Below, piece after piece: positions 30,672 to 39,862 of a DNA stretch of 64,000 nt (its first letter is position 1; each line of letters begins with the position of its first letter). Source of the stretch: Planctomycetota bacterium (lineage in GTDB: Bacteria; Planctomycetota; UBA8742; UBA2392); assembly GCA_022071975.1 (NCBI GenBank), contig JAJVIO010000007.1:18715-82714 (forward strand), read 5' to 3'. The notes beneath the pieces are model-generated. The model was not told the origin of the DNA. It did no database searches and saw only the letters and a program-made list of their open reading frames with translations. The translations under genes were made by a program, and so were the position numbers.

Positions 30672-32327
30672 ATGGACGCCGACAACACTCTCACAGCCGA
30701 GCCAAAGACCAGCGCGCCCGCCACGGTGACCGGGCCGACGGTCAGTCTGCAGAACCTTGAAGTCAAGCTGGGCGCGGACGCCTTGCGCCTGCAGGCGCCG
30801 GCCAGGCTGCAGGCAGGCAAGCTGTACGTGCTGTGGGGCCCCAGCGGAAGCGGCAAGTCCAGTTTCGTGCGCGCGCTGCTGGGCCTGGGTGAGCTGGCCG
30901 CCCCGCGCGTTCAGTGCACCGGCGAAGTCACGCTCACCGATTCGCTAGGGATCGAGCACGCCCTGTGGGCCGGCGCGGCATACAACCCCGGCGCGCGCCG
31001 CCAGATCGCATACCTGCCGCAGTCCGAAAAGCTCGGCTTCATCGACGGCCTCAGCACGCTGGAAAACCTGCGCCTGTTCAGCGGCCTGGACCGCGCCTCG
31101 GCGCAAACCCACGCCGACCGGCTGGCCGCGCGCTTCCATCTGATGAGCCTGCCCGCCAGGGTCAGCCACGCCAGCGGCGGCGAACGCATGCGCCTCTCGG
31201 CCGTGCGCGCCCTGCTGAAGCGCGGCGAGAATGAGCCCGCGCCCGCGCTGGTGATCGCCGACGAACCCACGGCCGGGCTCGACGCCGTGGCCGCGCACTC
31301 GCTGGCGCGCGAACTGGTGGACTACGCCCGCCGCAAGGACAGCGTGGTGGTGGTGATCACCCACGACCCCCACGTCTTTACAGGTCAAGAGCCGCCGGAA
31401 GTGGACCGCGCAAGCGGCAGCAAGGTCGTGCACATCCTGGAATGCACAGTGGGCGACGACGGCCTGGCACCCGTTGACCGCGAGATCGGCCAGCTGCGCA
31501 TCGAAGCCGGCCGCCCCGTCAACGCGCTGGTCGCCGCCGCCAAGACCCGCGCGGCCGAGGGCTTGAATATGCTGGGCGGCGCGGTGCTGAGCCCGCTGGC
31601 GTTCCTGTGGGGCCTGCTGCGCATGCGCCGGCCGCTGTACGTGCTGCGCAAGTTGCTGGCCGACGCGCTGAGCCCCGGCACCCACCTGTTCTCGTGGCTC
31701 GGCTCGCTGCTGATCGGCGGCACGGTCGCCTATTTCATCTTCGAGCAACTGCCACGGCCGGAGCTGGTTGAGCCGTTGCTCTTGCAGGAAATTCTGCAGG
31801 CCACGGGCCACACCCTGGTGCGCGTGGTGTTGCCGCTGGGCGCCGCCGCGCTGATCACCGGCAAGCTTGGCGCCGCGCAGGCGGCGCGCCTGAGCAGCGG
31901 TGTGCGCAGCGGGATGCTCGAAACGTTGTCGCTGGCGCGCTGGCCTGTGGAGTCGTTCGGCCTGGTGCCGGCTGTATTGGCACAAGTGGGCGCGATCGCG
32001 CTGGCGACCACGCTGGCGCTGTACTCGGGCGTGGCGCTGGCGGCGCTGATCTACGTGGCCGGCCACGAGGGCGCTTCGCTGGGCCTGGCCCTGAACCTGA
32101 TGTCGGACGGCCTGGGCGACGCGCCGAAGTGGTTCGAGTTCCTGCTGGCCAAGGTGCTGGTCAGCGGCTTCATCGGCGGCGCCCTGGCCGCCATGTTCGG
32201 CCTGGCGCCCGCCACCAGCGAAGATGACGTTGCCAAGGCCGTGCACCGCACGCTGCTGTGGGGCATTCTGGCCGTGATCGCCGCCCAGTGCGCGCTGATC
32301 ATCTGGGAATTCTCGGCGTACCGATAA
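30672..32327 (+). CDS. ABC transporter with ATPase domain fused to an MlaE-like permease domain
   Basis: Walker A GPSGSGKSS, signature SGGERMRLS, Walker B LVIADEPTAGLD. The C-terminal roughly 270 aa has multiple TM helices. RVVLPLGAAALITGKLGAAQAARLSSGVRSGMLETLSLARWPVE aligns by eye to the MlaE core ([36 protein letters not shown]). Confidence 0.7.
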   Translation: MDADNTLTAEPKTSAPATVTGPTVSLQNLEVKLGADALRLQAPARLQAGKLYVLWGPSGSGKSSFVRALLGLGELAAPRVQCTGEVTLTDSLGIEHALWAGAAYNPGARRQIAYLPQSEKLGFIDGLSTLENLRLFSGLDRASAQTHADRLAARFHLMSLPARVSHASGGERMRLSAVRALLKRGENEPAPALVIADEPTAGLDAVAAHSLARELVDYARRKDSVVVVITHDPHVFTGQEPPEVDRASGSKVVHILECTVGDDGLAPVDREIGQLRIEAGRPVNALVAAAKTRAAEGLNMLGGAVLSPLAFLWGLLRMRRPLYVLRKLLADALSPGTHLFSWLGSLLIGGTVAYFIFEQLPRPELVEPLLLQEILQATGHTLVRVVLPLGAAALITGKLGAAQAARLSSGVRSGMLETLSLARWPVESFGLVPAVLAQVGAIALATTLALYSGVALAALIYVAGHEGASLGLALNLMSDGLGDAPKWFEFLLAKVLVSGFIGGALAAMFGLAPATSEDDVAKAVHRTLLWGILAVIAAQCALIIWEFSAYR

Positions 32328-32391
32328 CAGGAGCCGCAAGCGCAAGCGCGCGGCCCGATCACCCCGCGCGCTTGCGCTTGCGGCTCCTGTT
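32326..32391. repeat. Second copy of the 28-bp-stem hairpin AACAGGAGCCGCAAGCGCAAGCGCGCGG, overlapping the TAA stop
   Basis: Arms are identical to 7693-7769. The loop differs (cccgatcacc). Ends 18 nt before the ECF sigma start. Confidence 0.9.
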
Positions 32392-32408
32392 TCGAACATG
32401 ACCTCTGC

Positions 32409-32939
32409 ATGCCCGATGACCTCGAGCTTGTGACGCGCTTGGGCCGCGGCGACGCTTCGGCCCTTGACGCCATCGTGCAGGCGCACCAGGACGCCGTGGT
32501 GCGCTTTTCGCGCACCGTCACGCGCGACGAGAACACGGCGCTGGACGCCGCCCAGGAAGCTTTCATCCGGCTGTGGCGCAACCCTAAGGCATTCAACGGC
32601 GGATCCCTGCGCGCGTGGCTATTCACAGTGGCGCGCAACGTCGCGCTGAACGAGTTCCGCGCCGGGCGCCGCCGCACCGCGCGCATCGAGCGCGTCGAGC
32701 CGCCGCCCCAGCCCCCCACCGCCGAGCAGCAAACCGCCGACGCCGAGCGCCTGCAGCAGGTGCGCGATTTCATTGCCACACTGCCCGAGCAGGAACGCTC
32801 GGCGATCACCCTGTTCGCGGCCGAAGGGCTCAGCCAGGCCGAGGTGGCGAAGGTGCTGGGAACCAGCGAGGGAGCGGTGAAACAGGCCATTTTGAGCGCC
32901 CGCAGGAAGCTGCGGGAAAGATTCGGAGAATCTTCCTGA
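32409..32939 (+). CDS. ECF-type RNA polymerase sigma-70 factor
   Basis: Region 2 (DAAQEAFIRLWRN) and region 4 (LPEQERSAITLFAAEGLSQAEVAKVLGTSEGAVKQAILSARRKL). Confidence 0.9.
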   Translation: MPDDLELVTRLGRGDASALDAIVQAHQDAVVRFSRTVTRDENTALDAAQEAFIRLWRNPKAFNGGSLRAWLFTVARNVALNEFRAGRRRTARIERVEPPPQPPTAEQQTADAERLQQVRDFIATLPEQERSAITLFAAEGLSQAEVAKVLGTSEGAVKQAILSARRKLRERFGESS

Positions 32940-32978
32940 CCCCGGACGCCCAGGCGGGGTTATTACATAGAGGAAGCA

Positions 32979-34439
32979 ATGAGCGAGCTGCCAAACGACC
33001 CGATGGACGATTTGCTGCACCGCGCCCACAACACGGCGCAGGGGGCGCCGGCCGAATTCAAGGGTCGCCTGCGCGCCCGCATGGCCGCAGAGGCCGGTGC
33101 CCGAAGGCGCGCCCGTGTGATGTACATCCAGACGGCCGTGGCTGTCGCGGCGGTGGTGGTGATCGCTCTGGTGCTGGGCTTGAACTGGCAGTGGTTTGTC
33201 TCGACGCGGCCGACGGTGCAACCGGAGACGGCCGAGCGTTCGAACACCCCCGCGCCGGCCGAAGCGCCGGTATTCAACACGCCGGACATCCGGCCGGAGC
33301 CCCAGCTGCCGGCGAACACCCCGCCAGCGAAACCGGACAACTCTGAGCAGCCGCAGCCGCCAGAAGAGCCCCGCCGCGTGCCCGAGCCGGAGCCGGAACC
33401 CACGCCTGAGAAGCCGGACGACGTGGTCGAGCAGCCCAAGCCCGACGACACCGTGGAGCAGCCCAAGCCCACCGAGCCCAAGCAGCCCGAAGGCACGGAG
33501 GTCAAGCCCGAGGAGCCGCGCCGCGCACTGCAACTCAGTGTGCTGGGCGAGCCGAAGCTGCGCGTGAAGTACGAGGGCGGCGAGTGGGCCGATTACGCGG
33601 GCGAAGAGCTGTTCGAGGGCGTGCAGCTGAAGGCGCGCGGCAACGTGGACCTGCACCTGGCGGGCGGAGGGCTGGCGCGCTTCAACGGCGAGTTGCAGCT
33701 GCAGCGCGACGGCGACGCGCTGGGCTTTACGGTGCTGGACGACAGCCTGTACGTGGACAACCTGGAAACCGGCCAGGCGGTGACGGTCGAAGGCGCGGGC
33801 CATCCGGCGACCATGGACAACGGCATCGGCGTGTTCTACCTGGTGCGCGACGACTTCGAGGTTGGCTGTATCGCCGGCGCACTGAGCCTGGTGGACGTGA
33901 AGGTCGAGCCCGGTACCACCCGTCGAGCCAGTGCGCGTGGCGTGGGCGACGCCAAGAAGCTGAAAGCGGATTCATTTCTAAGAGGCATTCCCGCCCGCGT
34001 GCTGCTGCGCGAGGACTTCGACACGCCGCCGCCGGGCGGCATGTACCAGGAGGGCGAACGCCTGGTGAACGGCGTCGTCGTGCAGGAGAATCAGCCGGGC
34101 TTCATAGCGTTCCGCTACAACCCCACGCTGATGGTGCTGCCCGGGACCGTGCTGCGGATGCGGTTCCGCACTACAGACGTCAGCAGGCTGGAGCTTGAGC
34201 TGTTCACCGACAGCGAAATCACGCCGCTTAAGCGCAACGAGCAACGCATGTTCAAGCACACCTGGAAGCCGGATAAGAACGGCGAGTGGACAGAGCTGGA
34301 GCTGCGCGTGGAAGAAATCCCCGAACGGGACGACCCCGCTAACTTCCCCACCTACGGCACGGTGCTGCGCAATTTCAAGCTGCACTTCACGGGCAAGAAA
34401 CTCGAAATCGACTGGGTCGAATTCGTGCGCGTGCAATAG
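32979..34439 (+). CDS. Putative anti-sigma factor: single TM helix, P/E-rich linker, FecR-like and C-terminal beta-rich domains
   Basis: Adjacent to the ECF sigma gene. TM helix AVAVAAVVVIALVLGL. Linker (PEPQLPANTPPAKPDNSEQPQPPEEP...). FecR-like GVQLKARGNVDLHLAGGGLARFNG. Confidence 0.6.
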   Translation: MSELPNDPMDDLLHRAHNTAQGAPAEFKGRLRARMAAEAGARRRARVMYIQTAVAVAAVVVIALVLGLNWQWFVSTRPTVQPETAERSNTPAPAEAPVFNTPDIRPEPQLPANTPPAKPDNSEQPQPPEEPRRVPEPEPEPTPEKPDDVVEQPKPDDTVEQPKPTEPKQPEGTEVKPEEPRRALQLSVLGEPKLRVKYEGGEWADYAGEELFEGVQLKARGNVDLHLAGGGLARFNGELQLQRDGDALGFTVLDDSLYVDNLETGQAVTVEGAGHPATMDNGIGVFYLVRDDFEVGCIAGALSLVDVKVEPGTTRRASARGVGDAKKLKADSFLRGIPARVLLREDFDTPPPGGMYQEGERLVNGVVVQENQPGFIAFRYNPTLMVLPGTVLRMRFRTTDVSRLELELFTDSEITPLKRNEQRMFKHTWKPDKNGEWTELELRVEEIPERDDPANFPTYGTVLRNFKLHFTGKKLEIDWVEFVRVQ

Positions 34440-34515
34440 GGGACTGTCCCCGTCCTCGAACTCCGGGGTTGCTTTGAATACGGGGACAGTCCCCTACATC
34501 GGGGACAGTCCCCTA
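34437..34515. repeat. Class III elements: GGGGACTGTCCCC (34439-34451) and two GGGGACAGTCCCCTAC copies (34482-34497, 34501-34516)
   Basis: The 13-mers are mutually complementary. The TAG stops of both convergent genes (34437-34439 and 34513-34515) lie in or next to them. Confidence 0.9.
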
Positions 34516-35196
34516 CACCACATACACATCAAAGCGCACGGTCTTGCCTTCCAGCGTGTGGTTGGGCTTGGCGAGCTGTGGTGCGTGGGCGGGGCGCTTC
34601 ACCACAACGCGCTGTTTGGCGCACTTGAGCGCCGCCGCGAACAGCGCGTCCGCGTCATCCGGCCCCAGCAGCTCCTGCATGTACCGCATCTCCTTCTTCA
34701 CCGCGGCGCTCTTGCGGCGCTCGGGGAACATGGGGTCGAGGTACACCACGTCCGGCCGTTCACTTTCGTCCAGGCCCGCCATGTAGTCGCAGGCGTCCCC
34801 CACCACCAGCCGCAGTTCGCAGGCCGCGCGTTCCAGCCCGTCGCGCAGCAGGGCGGCAATCAGCGGCGAGCGCTCCACGGCCGTGACTTCGCAGCCCAGC
34901 GCTGCCAGCGTGTATGCGTCGCGGCCCAAGCCGGCAGTGGCATCCAATACGCGGGGGCGCGCGTCGCCCTTCACGCCGACCGCGCGCGCCAGCGGCAGTT
35001 GTCGGCCGGCGTCGCGCCGGCGCTCGGCGTCTACGGAGTCAAAGTCCACACAAAGGGGGCCGGGCGCGCCCTGGCGCGTGTCGCGCAACTGCAGGCGTCC
35101 GTGGGCGTGTTCCAGCACGAAATAGGCGTGCGGGTCGAGCGGCAGTTTGAGGGCGTCCGCCAGCCCCGGCTCCGCGGCGGAGACACGGGCGTTCAT
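34513..35196 (-). CDS. rsmJ: 16S rRNA (guanine1516-N2)-methyltransferase RsmJ-like SAM-dependent methyltransferase
   Basis: VLDATAGLGRDAYTLAALGCEVTAVERSPLIAALLRDGLERA and DVVYLDPMFPERRKSA are typical of RsmJ. 4-nt ATGA overlap with the upstream gene. Confidence 0.8.
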   Translation of the reverse strand: MNARVSAAEPGLADALKLPLDPHAYFVLEHAHGRLQLRDTRQGAPGPLCVDFDSVDAERRRDAGRQLPLARAVGVKGDARPRVLDATAGLGRDAYTLAALGCEVTAVERSPLIAALLRDGLERAACELRLVVGDACDYMAGLDESERPDVVYLDPMFPERRKSAAVKKEMRYMQELLGPDDADALFAAALKCAKQRVVVKRPAHAPQLAKPNHTLEGKTVRFDVYVV

Positions 35197-36038
35197 CGCG
35201 ACTCCGCGATAGCCTTCAGCGCGGCCTCGTACTCGGCCCGCTTCTCGCGGTCGGTGGTGCGCTGCACGGCCTGCATGAAGTCGCGCTCGGCTTCATCCTT
35301 GCGGCCTAGCGCCAGGTTGGCGTAAGCGCGCCAGCCGTAGGCCTCAAAGCCGAATGCGCCCTCATCGATCAGCGCGCTGAGCACGGTGTGGGCCGCCTCG
35401 TTGTCGCCGGCGTAGACCAGGGCCTGGCCCTGGCGGCTCATGGCAAGATAGCGCTGTTCGCCCAGCGCGATTCCGGCCGCGCCGGCGAATGCCTCGGCCG
35501 CGGCGGCGTAATCCTTCAGCGTCATCTGCGTGTCGCCGAGCAGCAGCCAGACGTCCGTGCCGGCCGGGTTGTGCTCAAGCGAGACGCGCAGGTGCCGCAC
35601 AGCCTGTTCGTTGTCGCCTTTCTTGATTGCGGCCAGCGCCAGCATGTGGCAGTTCCAGGCCACGTGGCTGCGGCAGCGCGCGCGTGATTGGCCGTCAAGC
35701 AACTCGGCCGCGCGCAGATAGGAGTCCCGCGCGTCGTCGTAACGGCCCAGCTTCTCGTAGGCATAGCCCAGCTGCTCGTGGTACTCGCCGTTTTCGGGAT
35801 CGAGCTTCACGGCCTGCGCGGCGAGCTCGGCGGCGGCAGTGTTGTCATACGCGTGGATCTTGGCGGTGGCCTGGTCGTACAGCTCACGCGCGCGGCGCCT
35901 GTCGGCGGCGCTGCTGTCCGGCGCGGGTTGGTTCACGGCCGGCTGGTTGCCCGGGACGGGCCGAGGCGCGGGCGCGTTGTTGCCGCCACCGCAGGCGGCA
36001 ATGCACAAAGGCAGCAGCAGGATGACGCGTTTCCACAT
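35193..36038 (-). CDS. TPR-repeat lipoprotein
   Basis: Start MWKRVILLLPLCIAACGG (lipobox IAAC). ORF 35193..36368 trimmed. TPR-like repeats. Confidence 0.7.
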   Translation of the reverse strand: MWKRVILLLPLCIAACGGGNNAPAPRPVPGNQPAVNQPAPDSSAADRRRARELYDQATAKIHAYDNTAAAELAAQAVKLDPENGEYHEQLGYAYEKLGRYDDARDSYLRAAELLDGQSRARCRSHVAWNCHMLALAAIKKGDNEQAVRHLRVSLEHNPAGTDVWLLLGDTQMTLKDYAAAAEAFAGAAGIALGEQRYLAMSRQGQALVYAGDNEAAHTVLSALIDEGAFGFEAYGWRAYANLALGRKDEAERDFMQAVQRTTDREKRAEYEAALKAIAESR

Positions 36039-36450
36039 GCAGAAGGTTTTAACCACGAAGGGCCGCGAAGGACCACGAAGAAAAGCGCAAGTTGCCCCTG
36101 AAGCAATGCCGGGTTGGCCGCGAAAACACAGAATCGCCGAACAACTGCCAACGAAACAACCTGTCATTTGTGGCGGTACCCTTGGTGTTTTCGTGTTTTT
36201 GTGGCCCAACAATTCGGACTCACGCCAGGTCGCCAAGACGCCAAGAAAGACAGGGCAGTTCTTGGCGGCTTGGCGCCTCCGCGTGAGACCTGCAGTTGCA
36301 GTTCGTCGCGGTTGCATCCACTGAACGGCCGAAACCGCGGGATTGGCCACGAAAACACGAAAACACAAAAGGACGGAACACGAAAGAAAGGTCCTTTTTG
36401 TGGCAGTGCCTTTTGTGGTTTCGTGTTTTTGTGGCCCCTGAAACTGCGAT
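36039..36450. repeat. 410-bp non-coding region of hairpins built from CACGAAAA-type words
   Basis: GGCCACGAAAACACGAAAACACAAAAGG (36345-36372) pairs with CCTTTTGTGGTTTCGTGTTTTTGTGGCC (36409-36436), 26/28. Direct copy at 36184-36207. CGCCAAGACGCCAAGAA...TTCTTGGCGGCTTGGCG hairpin near 36229-36274. Confidence 0.85.
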
Positions 36451-37731
36451 TCACGCCAGCAGGTTCAACTCGCGCGCCTTGCGTTCCAGCTCTTCGCGGA
36501 ACCTGGGATGGGCGATGTTGATCAGCGCCCGGGCACGCTGCCGGATGCCCTTGGCATACAAGTCCGCCACGCCGTGCTCGGTCACCACGTAATGCACGTC
36601 GCCGCGCGAAGTCACCACCCCGGCACCCTCCATCAGCGTCGGCGTGATGCGGCTGATCTCGCCGCCCTTCGCCGTGCTGGGCAAGGCGATGATCGGACGG
36701 CCGCCTTTTGAGCGCGCGGCGCCGCGGATGAAATCCACCTGGCCGCCAATGCCCGAGTACGGGCGCGAGCCCACCGAGTCGGAATTCACTTGACCCGTCA
36801 AGTCCACCTGGATCGCGCTGTTGATCGCCACCATCCGGTCGTTCTTGGCGATGTTGAAGGGGTCGTTCACGAACTCGTTGCCGTAGCTTTCGACGAACGG
36901 GTTGTCGTCCACGAAGTCATACAGCGCGCGCGTGCCCATCACGAAGCTGCAGATGATCTTGTCCGGGTGATAGTTCTTGCGAGAGCAGTCGATGGCGCCG
37001 CCCCGCACCAGCTCAACGATCCCGTCGCTGAGCATCTCCGTGTGCACGCCCAAATGCGTGTGATTGCGCAGCTCTTTCAGCACCGCATTCGGGATCGTGC
37101 CGATGCCCAGTTGCAGGCAGTCGCCGTCGTCGATCAGCCCGGCCACGTGCCGCCCGATGGCGGCGCTGACCTCGTCGATCGGCTCCGGCTGCAGCTCCGG
37201 CAGCGGGTAGTCAACCTCGACCGCGCTGTGCAGCTGGCTTACGTGGATAATGGTGTTGCCCCAAGCGCGCGGCATGTTGGGGTTGATCTCGGCCACCACA
37301 TGGCGCGCATGGCGGATCGCGCCCATCACCACGTCGGCGGCCACGCCAACTGTGCAGTAGCCGTGCTTGTCGGGCGGGCTCAGCTGCACCAGCGCCCAGT
37401 CCAGCGGCAGGCGCGCCTCGAACAGCGCCGGAATTTCGCCCAGGAAAATTGGCATGAAGTCGGCGCGGCCCTGCTGCACGGCCTCGCGCACGTTGTGGCC
37501 GATGAAAAAGGCCGTGTGCCGGAAGCTGGCCGCGTACTCGGGCGCAACGTAGGGAGCATCGCCCAGGGTCAGGATGTGCAGCACGTTGACGTCGCGAAGT
37601 TCGGGGGCGCGGGCGGTCATGGCCTTGACCAGCGCGTTGGGCTCGGCGGCGCCGGAGCCGATAAACACACGCTCGCCGGACTTGATTCCGGCCACGGCCT
37701 GCTCCGCGGATACGCACCTAAGTTCAGCCAT
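36451..37731 (-). CDS. Acetyl-CoA hydrolase/transferase family protein (4-hydroxybutyrate CoA-transferase-like)
   Basis: Start MAELRCVSAEQAVAGIKSGERVFIGSGAAEPNAL. The track ORF 36451..38493 is over-extended upstream. Confidence 0.85.
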   Translation of the reverse strand: MAELRCVSAEQAVAGIKSGERVFIGSGAAEPNALVKAMTARAPELRDVNVLHILTLGDAPYVAPEYAASFRHTAFFIGHNVREAVQQGRADFMPIFLGEIPALFEARLPLDWALVQLSPPDKHGYCTVGVAADVVMGAIRHARHVVAEINPNMPRAWGNTIIHVSQLHSAVEVDYPLPELQPEPIDEVSAAIGRHVAGLIDDGDCLQLGIGTIPNAVLKELRNHTHLGVHTEMLSDGIVELVRGGAIDCSRKNYHPDKIICSFVMGTRALYDFVDDNPFVESYGNEFVNDPFNIAKNDRMVAINSAIQVDLTGQVNSDSVGSRPYSGIGGQVDFIRGAARSKGGRPIIALPSTAKGGEISRITPTLMEGAGVVTSRGDVHYVVTEHGVADLYAKGIRQRARALINIAHPRFREELERKARELNLLA

Positions 37732-37858
37732 GGCCGCAGGATAGCAAACCGTGACGCTTAGGGTACGCGCCTCACGCGGAGCACATTCCGAAGCTTTTTC
37801 GCGGGGCCCGCGGCCGTGTGGTATGCTTGTTCGCTCACATTTCCGCGGGGGTGCCGCC

Positions 37859-39835
37859 ATGCGCACACGTTTCGTTGTGTCTCTGCTGGCCCTTTCCTTC
37901 CTTATGTACGGGTGCTTCAACGTCGACTTCGCGGCGATCAGCAGCTCGATCACCATCGGCGGCGGAGGCGGGGGCGGCGGTGGTTTTGCCACCACCGATG
38001 TAACCGTCTCGGCCGGCCTGACCGAAATCCAGCCTGAGCAGGTGGACACCCTGTCCGGCACGGTCAACGCCTCGCGTTTCGGCGTCAGCACCTTTGACCG
38101 CGTGTATGACCTCGAGACTCCCGCCGGCACCGACTTCGCCTTCAACCTGGTGGCGCGCGGCGCCGGCAACTGGGGGCTCACGCGCATCAACCTGGGCCAC
38201 GTCGAGGCGGCCGGCATCACCCAGACCGCGGGCGCGGAGACCATCGCCGCCAACGGCATGACACTTGAAGCGCCGGGCATGTCCAACGCCGGCAACTCGG
38301 TGGACATCAACGGCGACGGTTTCTCGCGCGTCACGGTGCGCGGCAACATCAGCGCGGAGCAGGTGCTGATCGCCCGCGTGCCCCTGAACAACGACGTGAT
38401 CGACATCGGCATCCGCGTGCGCATCGGCAACAGCAGCGCCATCAACCTTTCTGCCGGCAATCCGCAGGGCTTCCGCGCGGGCATGACCACCACCGACCTG
38501 TACTCCAGCGATTCGCCGCAGTTCGGCCTGCCATCGCTGGCGCTTTCGGGCGACCGTTACAGCGTGGTGGCCTACGACGGCGACCCCAACACGCAGACCT
38601 ACGTCGATCGCAACCGCCGCTGGCTGCAGCTCGACACCACCACCAGCGCAATCACCGGCGGCGAGGCGCAGGCATACTCGCCCGACTCCGGCTTCTGGCG
38701 CGACCAGGAAGTCGCCGCGCTGGGCAACGTGCTGGCCGTGGCCTACACCGGCAGCGGCCAGGTGCGCGCGGAAGTCAGCCTGAACCGCGGCGGCAGCTTC
38801 CCCATCGTGCAGCAGCTTGACCCGGCGGCCGACCCCGGCACGCGCCTGGTGCAGATGGCGATCGCGCCCAACTACACGCTCGGCGTGCTGTACTGGAAGA
38901 ATGTGTGGACCACCAGCTGGAACTGCTCCAGCCACCTGATGCTGATCGAGGCCGTGCCTTCCGGCTTCGACGCCAACAACACCCCCACCGGCTACGTCTG
39001 GGGCGCGCCGACGGCCGTGCACAACGCGGGCTACGACGTGACGCCGCTGCTGATGCACCTGGAGTACAGCCAGGGCAATGACCTGGTGATCGGCTACGGC
39101 TACACCAGCATGCTCTGGAACCCGGGAAGCTGGACGATCACCAGCTCGGCCCGCTATCGCTGCGCGGTGCGCCAGAGCGGCAGCCAGGGCTTCTACGACG
39201 TGCAGATCGACCAGGAAGACAACGTGATGCCCTGCGACCCGCACGTCTGCGTGCTGGGCAGCGGCGCCAGCCTGGAAATCTTCTACACCTATGAGCGCAC
39301 CGACGGCGTGCGCCTGTACCACAGCACCAACGCCGGCGCGACCTTCCAGCTTGCGTACACGGTGCCGATCCCCGGCGCCATGCAGCCCTCTGTGCACGCC
39401 CGCATGCAGGGCACGGCCAAACGCGTGGACCTGCTGTACGTTTCACCCGCCGGCTGGGGCCTTGAGCTGCATGACCTGACCTGGGACGACTTCGCCACCG
39501 GCACGCCCGTGCTCTCGCGCATCACGCAATCCACGGCCGTGGCGGGCGGCACGCCGCCTGCCGGCATGCCGCAGGGCTACCTGATCACCACCCTGGCCTG
39601 GATGGGCTACGACGCGGTGCTGAAGGGCGACGACGTGGCGATCGCGTACCACGAGCTGACCTACGACAGCTACGAGTATTACTCCGCCAACTGGAGCCAG
39701 CCCGCTGGCGGCGCGCAGTCAACATCGGGCGGCACCACACCCCCGCCCACCGTGCTGCTGCCCGGCCTGACGGGCACAGTACCCGCGCCCGACCCCAACC
39801 ACCGCAACCAGCTGCGCGTGGCGGTGATCGACTAA
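37859..39835 (+). CDS. Putative lipoprotein with poly-Gly linker and BNR/Asp-box-like beta-propeller region
   Basis: MRTRFVVSLLALSFLMYGC, then GGGGGGGG. Asp-box-like SLNRGGSF and STNAGATF. Confidence 0.55.
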   Translation: MRTRFVVSLLALSFLMYGCFNVDFAAISSSITIGGGGGGGGGFATTDVTVSAGLTEIQPEQVDTLSGTVNASRFGVSTFDRVYDLETPAGTDFAFNLVARGAGNWGLTRINLGHVEAAGITQTAGAETIAANGMTLEAPGMSNAGNSVDINGDGFSRVTVRGNISAEQVLIARVPLNNDVIDIGIRVRIGNSSAINLSAGNPQGFRAGMTTTDLYSSDSPQFGLPSLALSGDRYSVVAYDGDPNTQTYVDRNRRWLQLDTTTSAITGGEAQAYSPDSGFWRDQEVAALGNVLAVAYTGSGQVRAEVSLNRGGSFPIVQQLDPAADPGTRLVQMAIAPNYTLGVLYWKNVWTTSWNCSSHLMLIEAVPSGFDANNTPTGYVWGAPTAVHNAGYDVTPLLMHLEYSQGNDLVIGYGYTSMLWNPGSWTITSSARYRCAVRQSGSQGFYDVQIDQEDNVMPCDPHVCVLGSGASLEIFYTYERTDGVRLYHSTNAGATFQLAYTVPIPGAMQPSVHARMQGTAKRVDLLYVSPAGWGLELHDLTWDDFATGTPVLSRITQSTAVAGGTPPAGMPQGYLITTLAWMGYDAVLKGDDVAIAYHELTYDSYEYYSANWSQPAGGAQSTSGGTTPPPTVLLPGLTGTVPAPDPNHRNQLRVAVID

Positions 39836-39840
39836 GGAAA

Positions 39841-39862
39841 GGGGCGGCCATGGTGCCGCCCC
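39841..39862. repeat. Single class I hairpin GGGGCGGC-catggt-GCCGCCCC shared by convergent genes
   Basis: 8-bp stem. The minus-strand TAG stop (39862-39864) abuts it, reading TAGGGGCGGC. Confidence 0.85.

Noticed and set aside
36039-36450. Possible CRISPR array, suggested by repeated CACGAAAACACGAAAA-type units.
   Set aside because: There is no constant-length direct repeat alternating with unique spacers. The copies are inverted or imperfect and form hairpins. No cas genes are present.
37950-37985. G-rich tract encoding GGGGGGGG in the lipoprotein gene, as a possible phase-variation slippage site.
   Set aside because: The DNA is a mix of GGC, GGA, GGG and GGT codons. It is neither a homopolymer nor a perfect short tandem repeat, so slipped-strand switching is unlikely.
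37732-38493. Upstream extension of the 680-aa ORF 36451..38493.
   Set aside because: The recognisable CoA-transferase sequence starts at MAELRC (37731). The extension is Pro/Arg/Ser-rich nonsense and overlaps the well-supported plus-strand lipoprotein gene (37859..39835).
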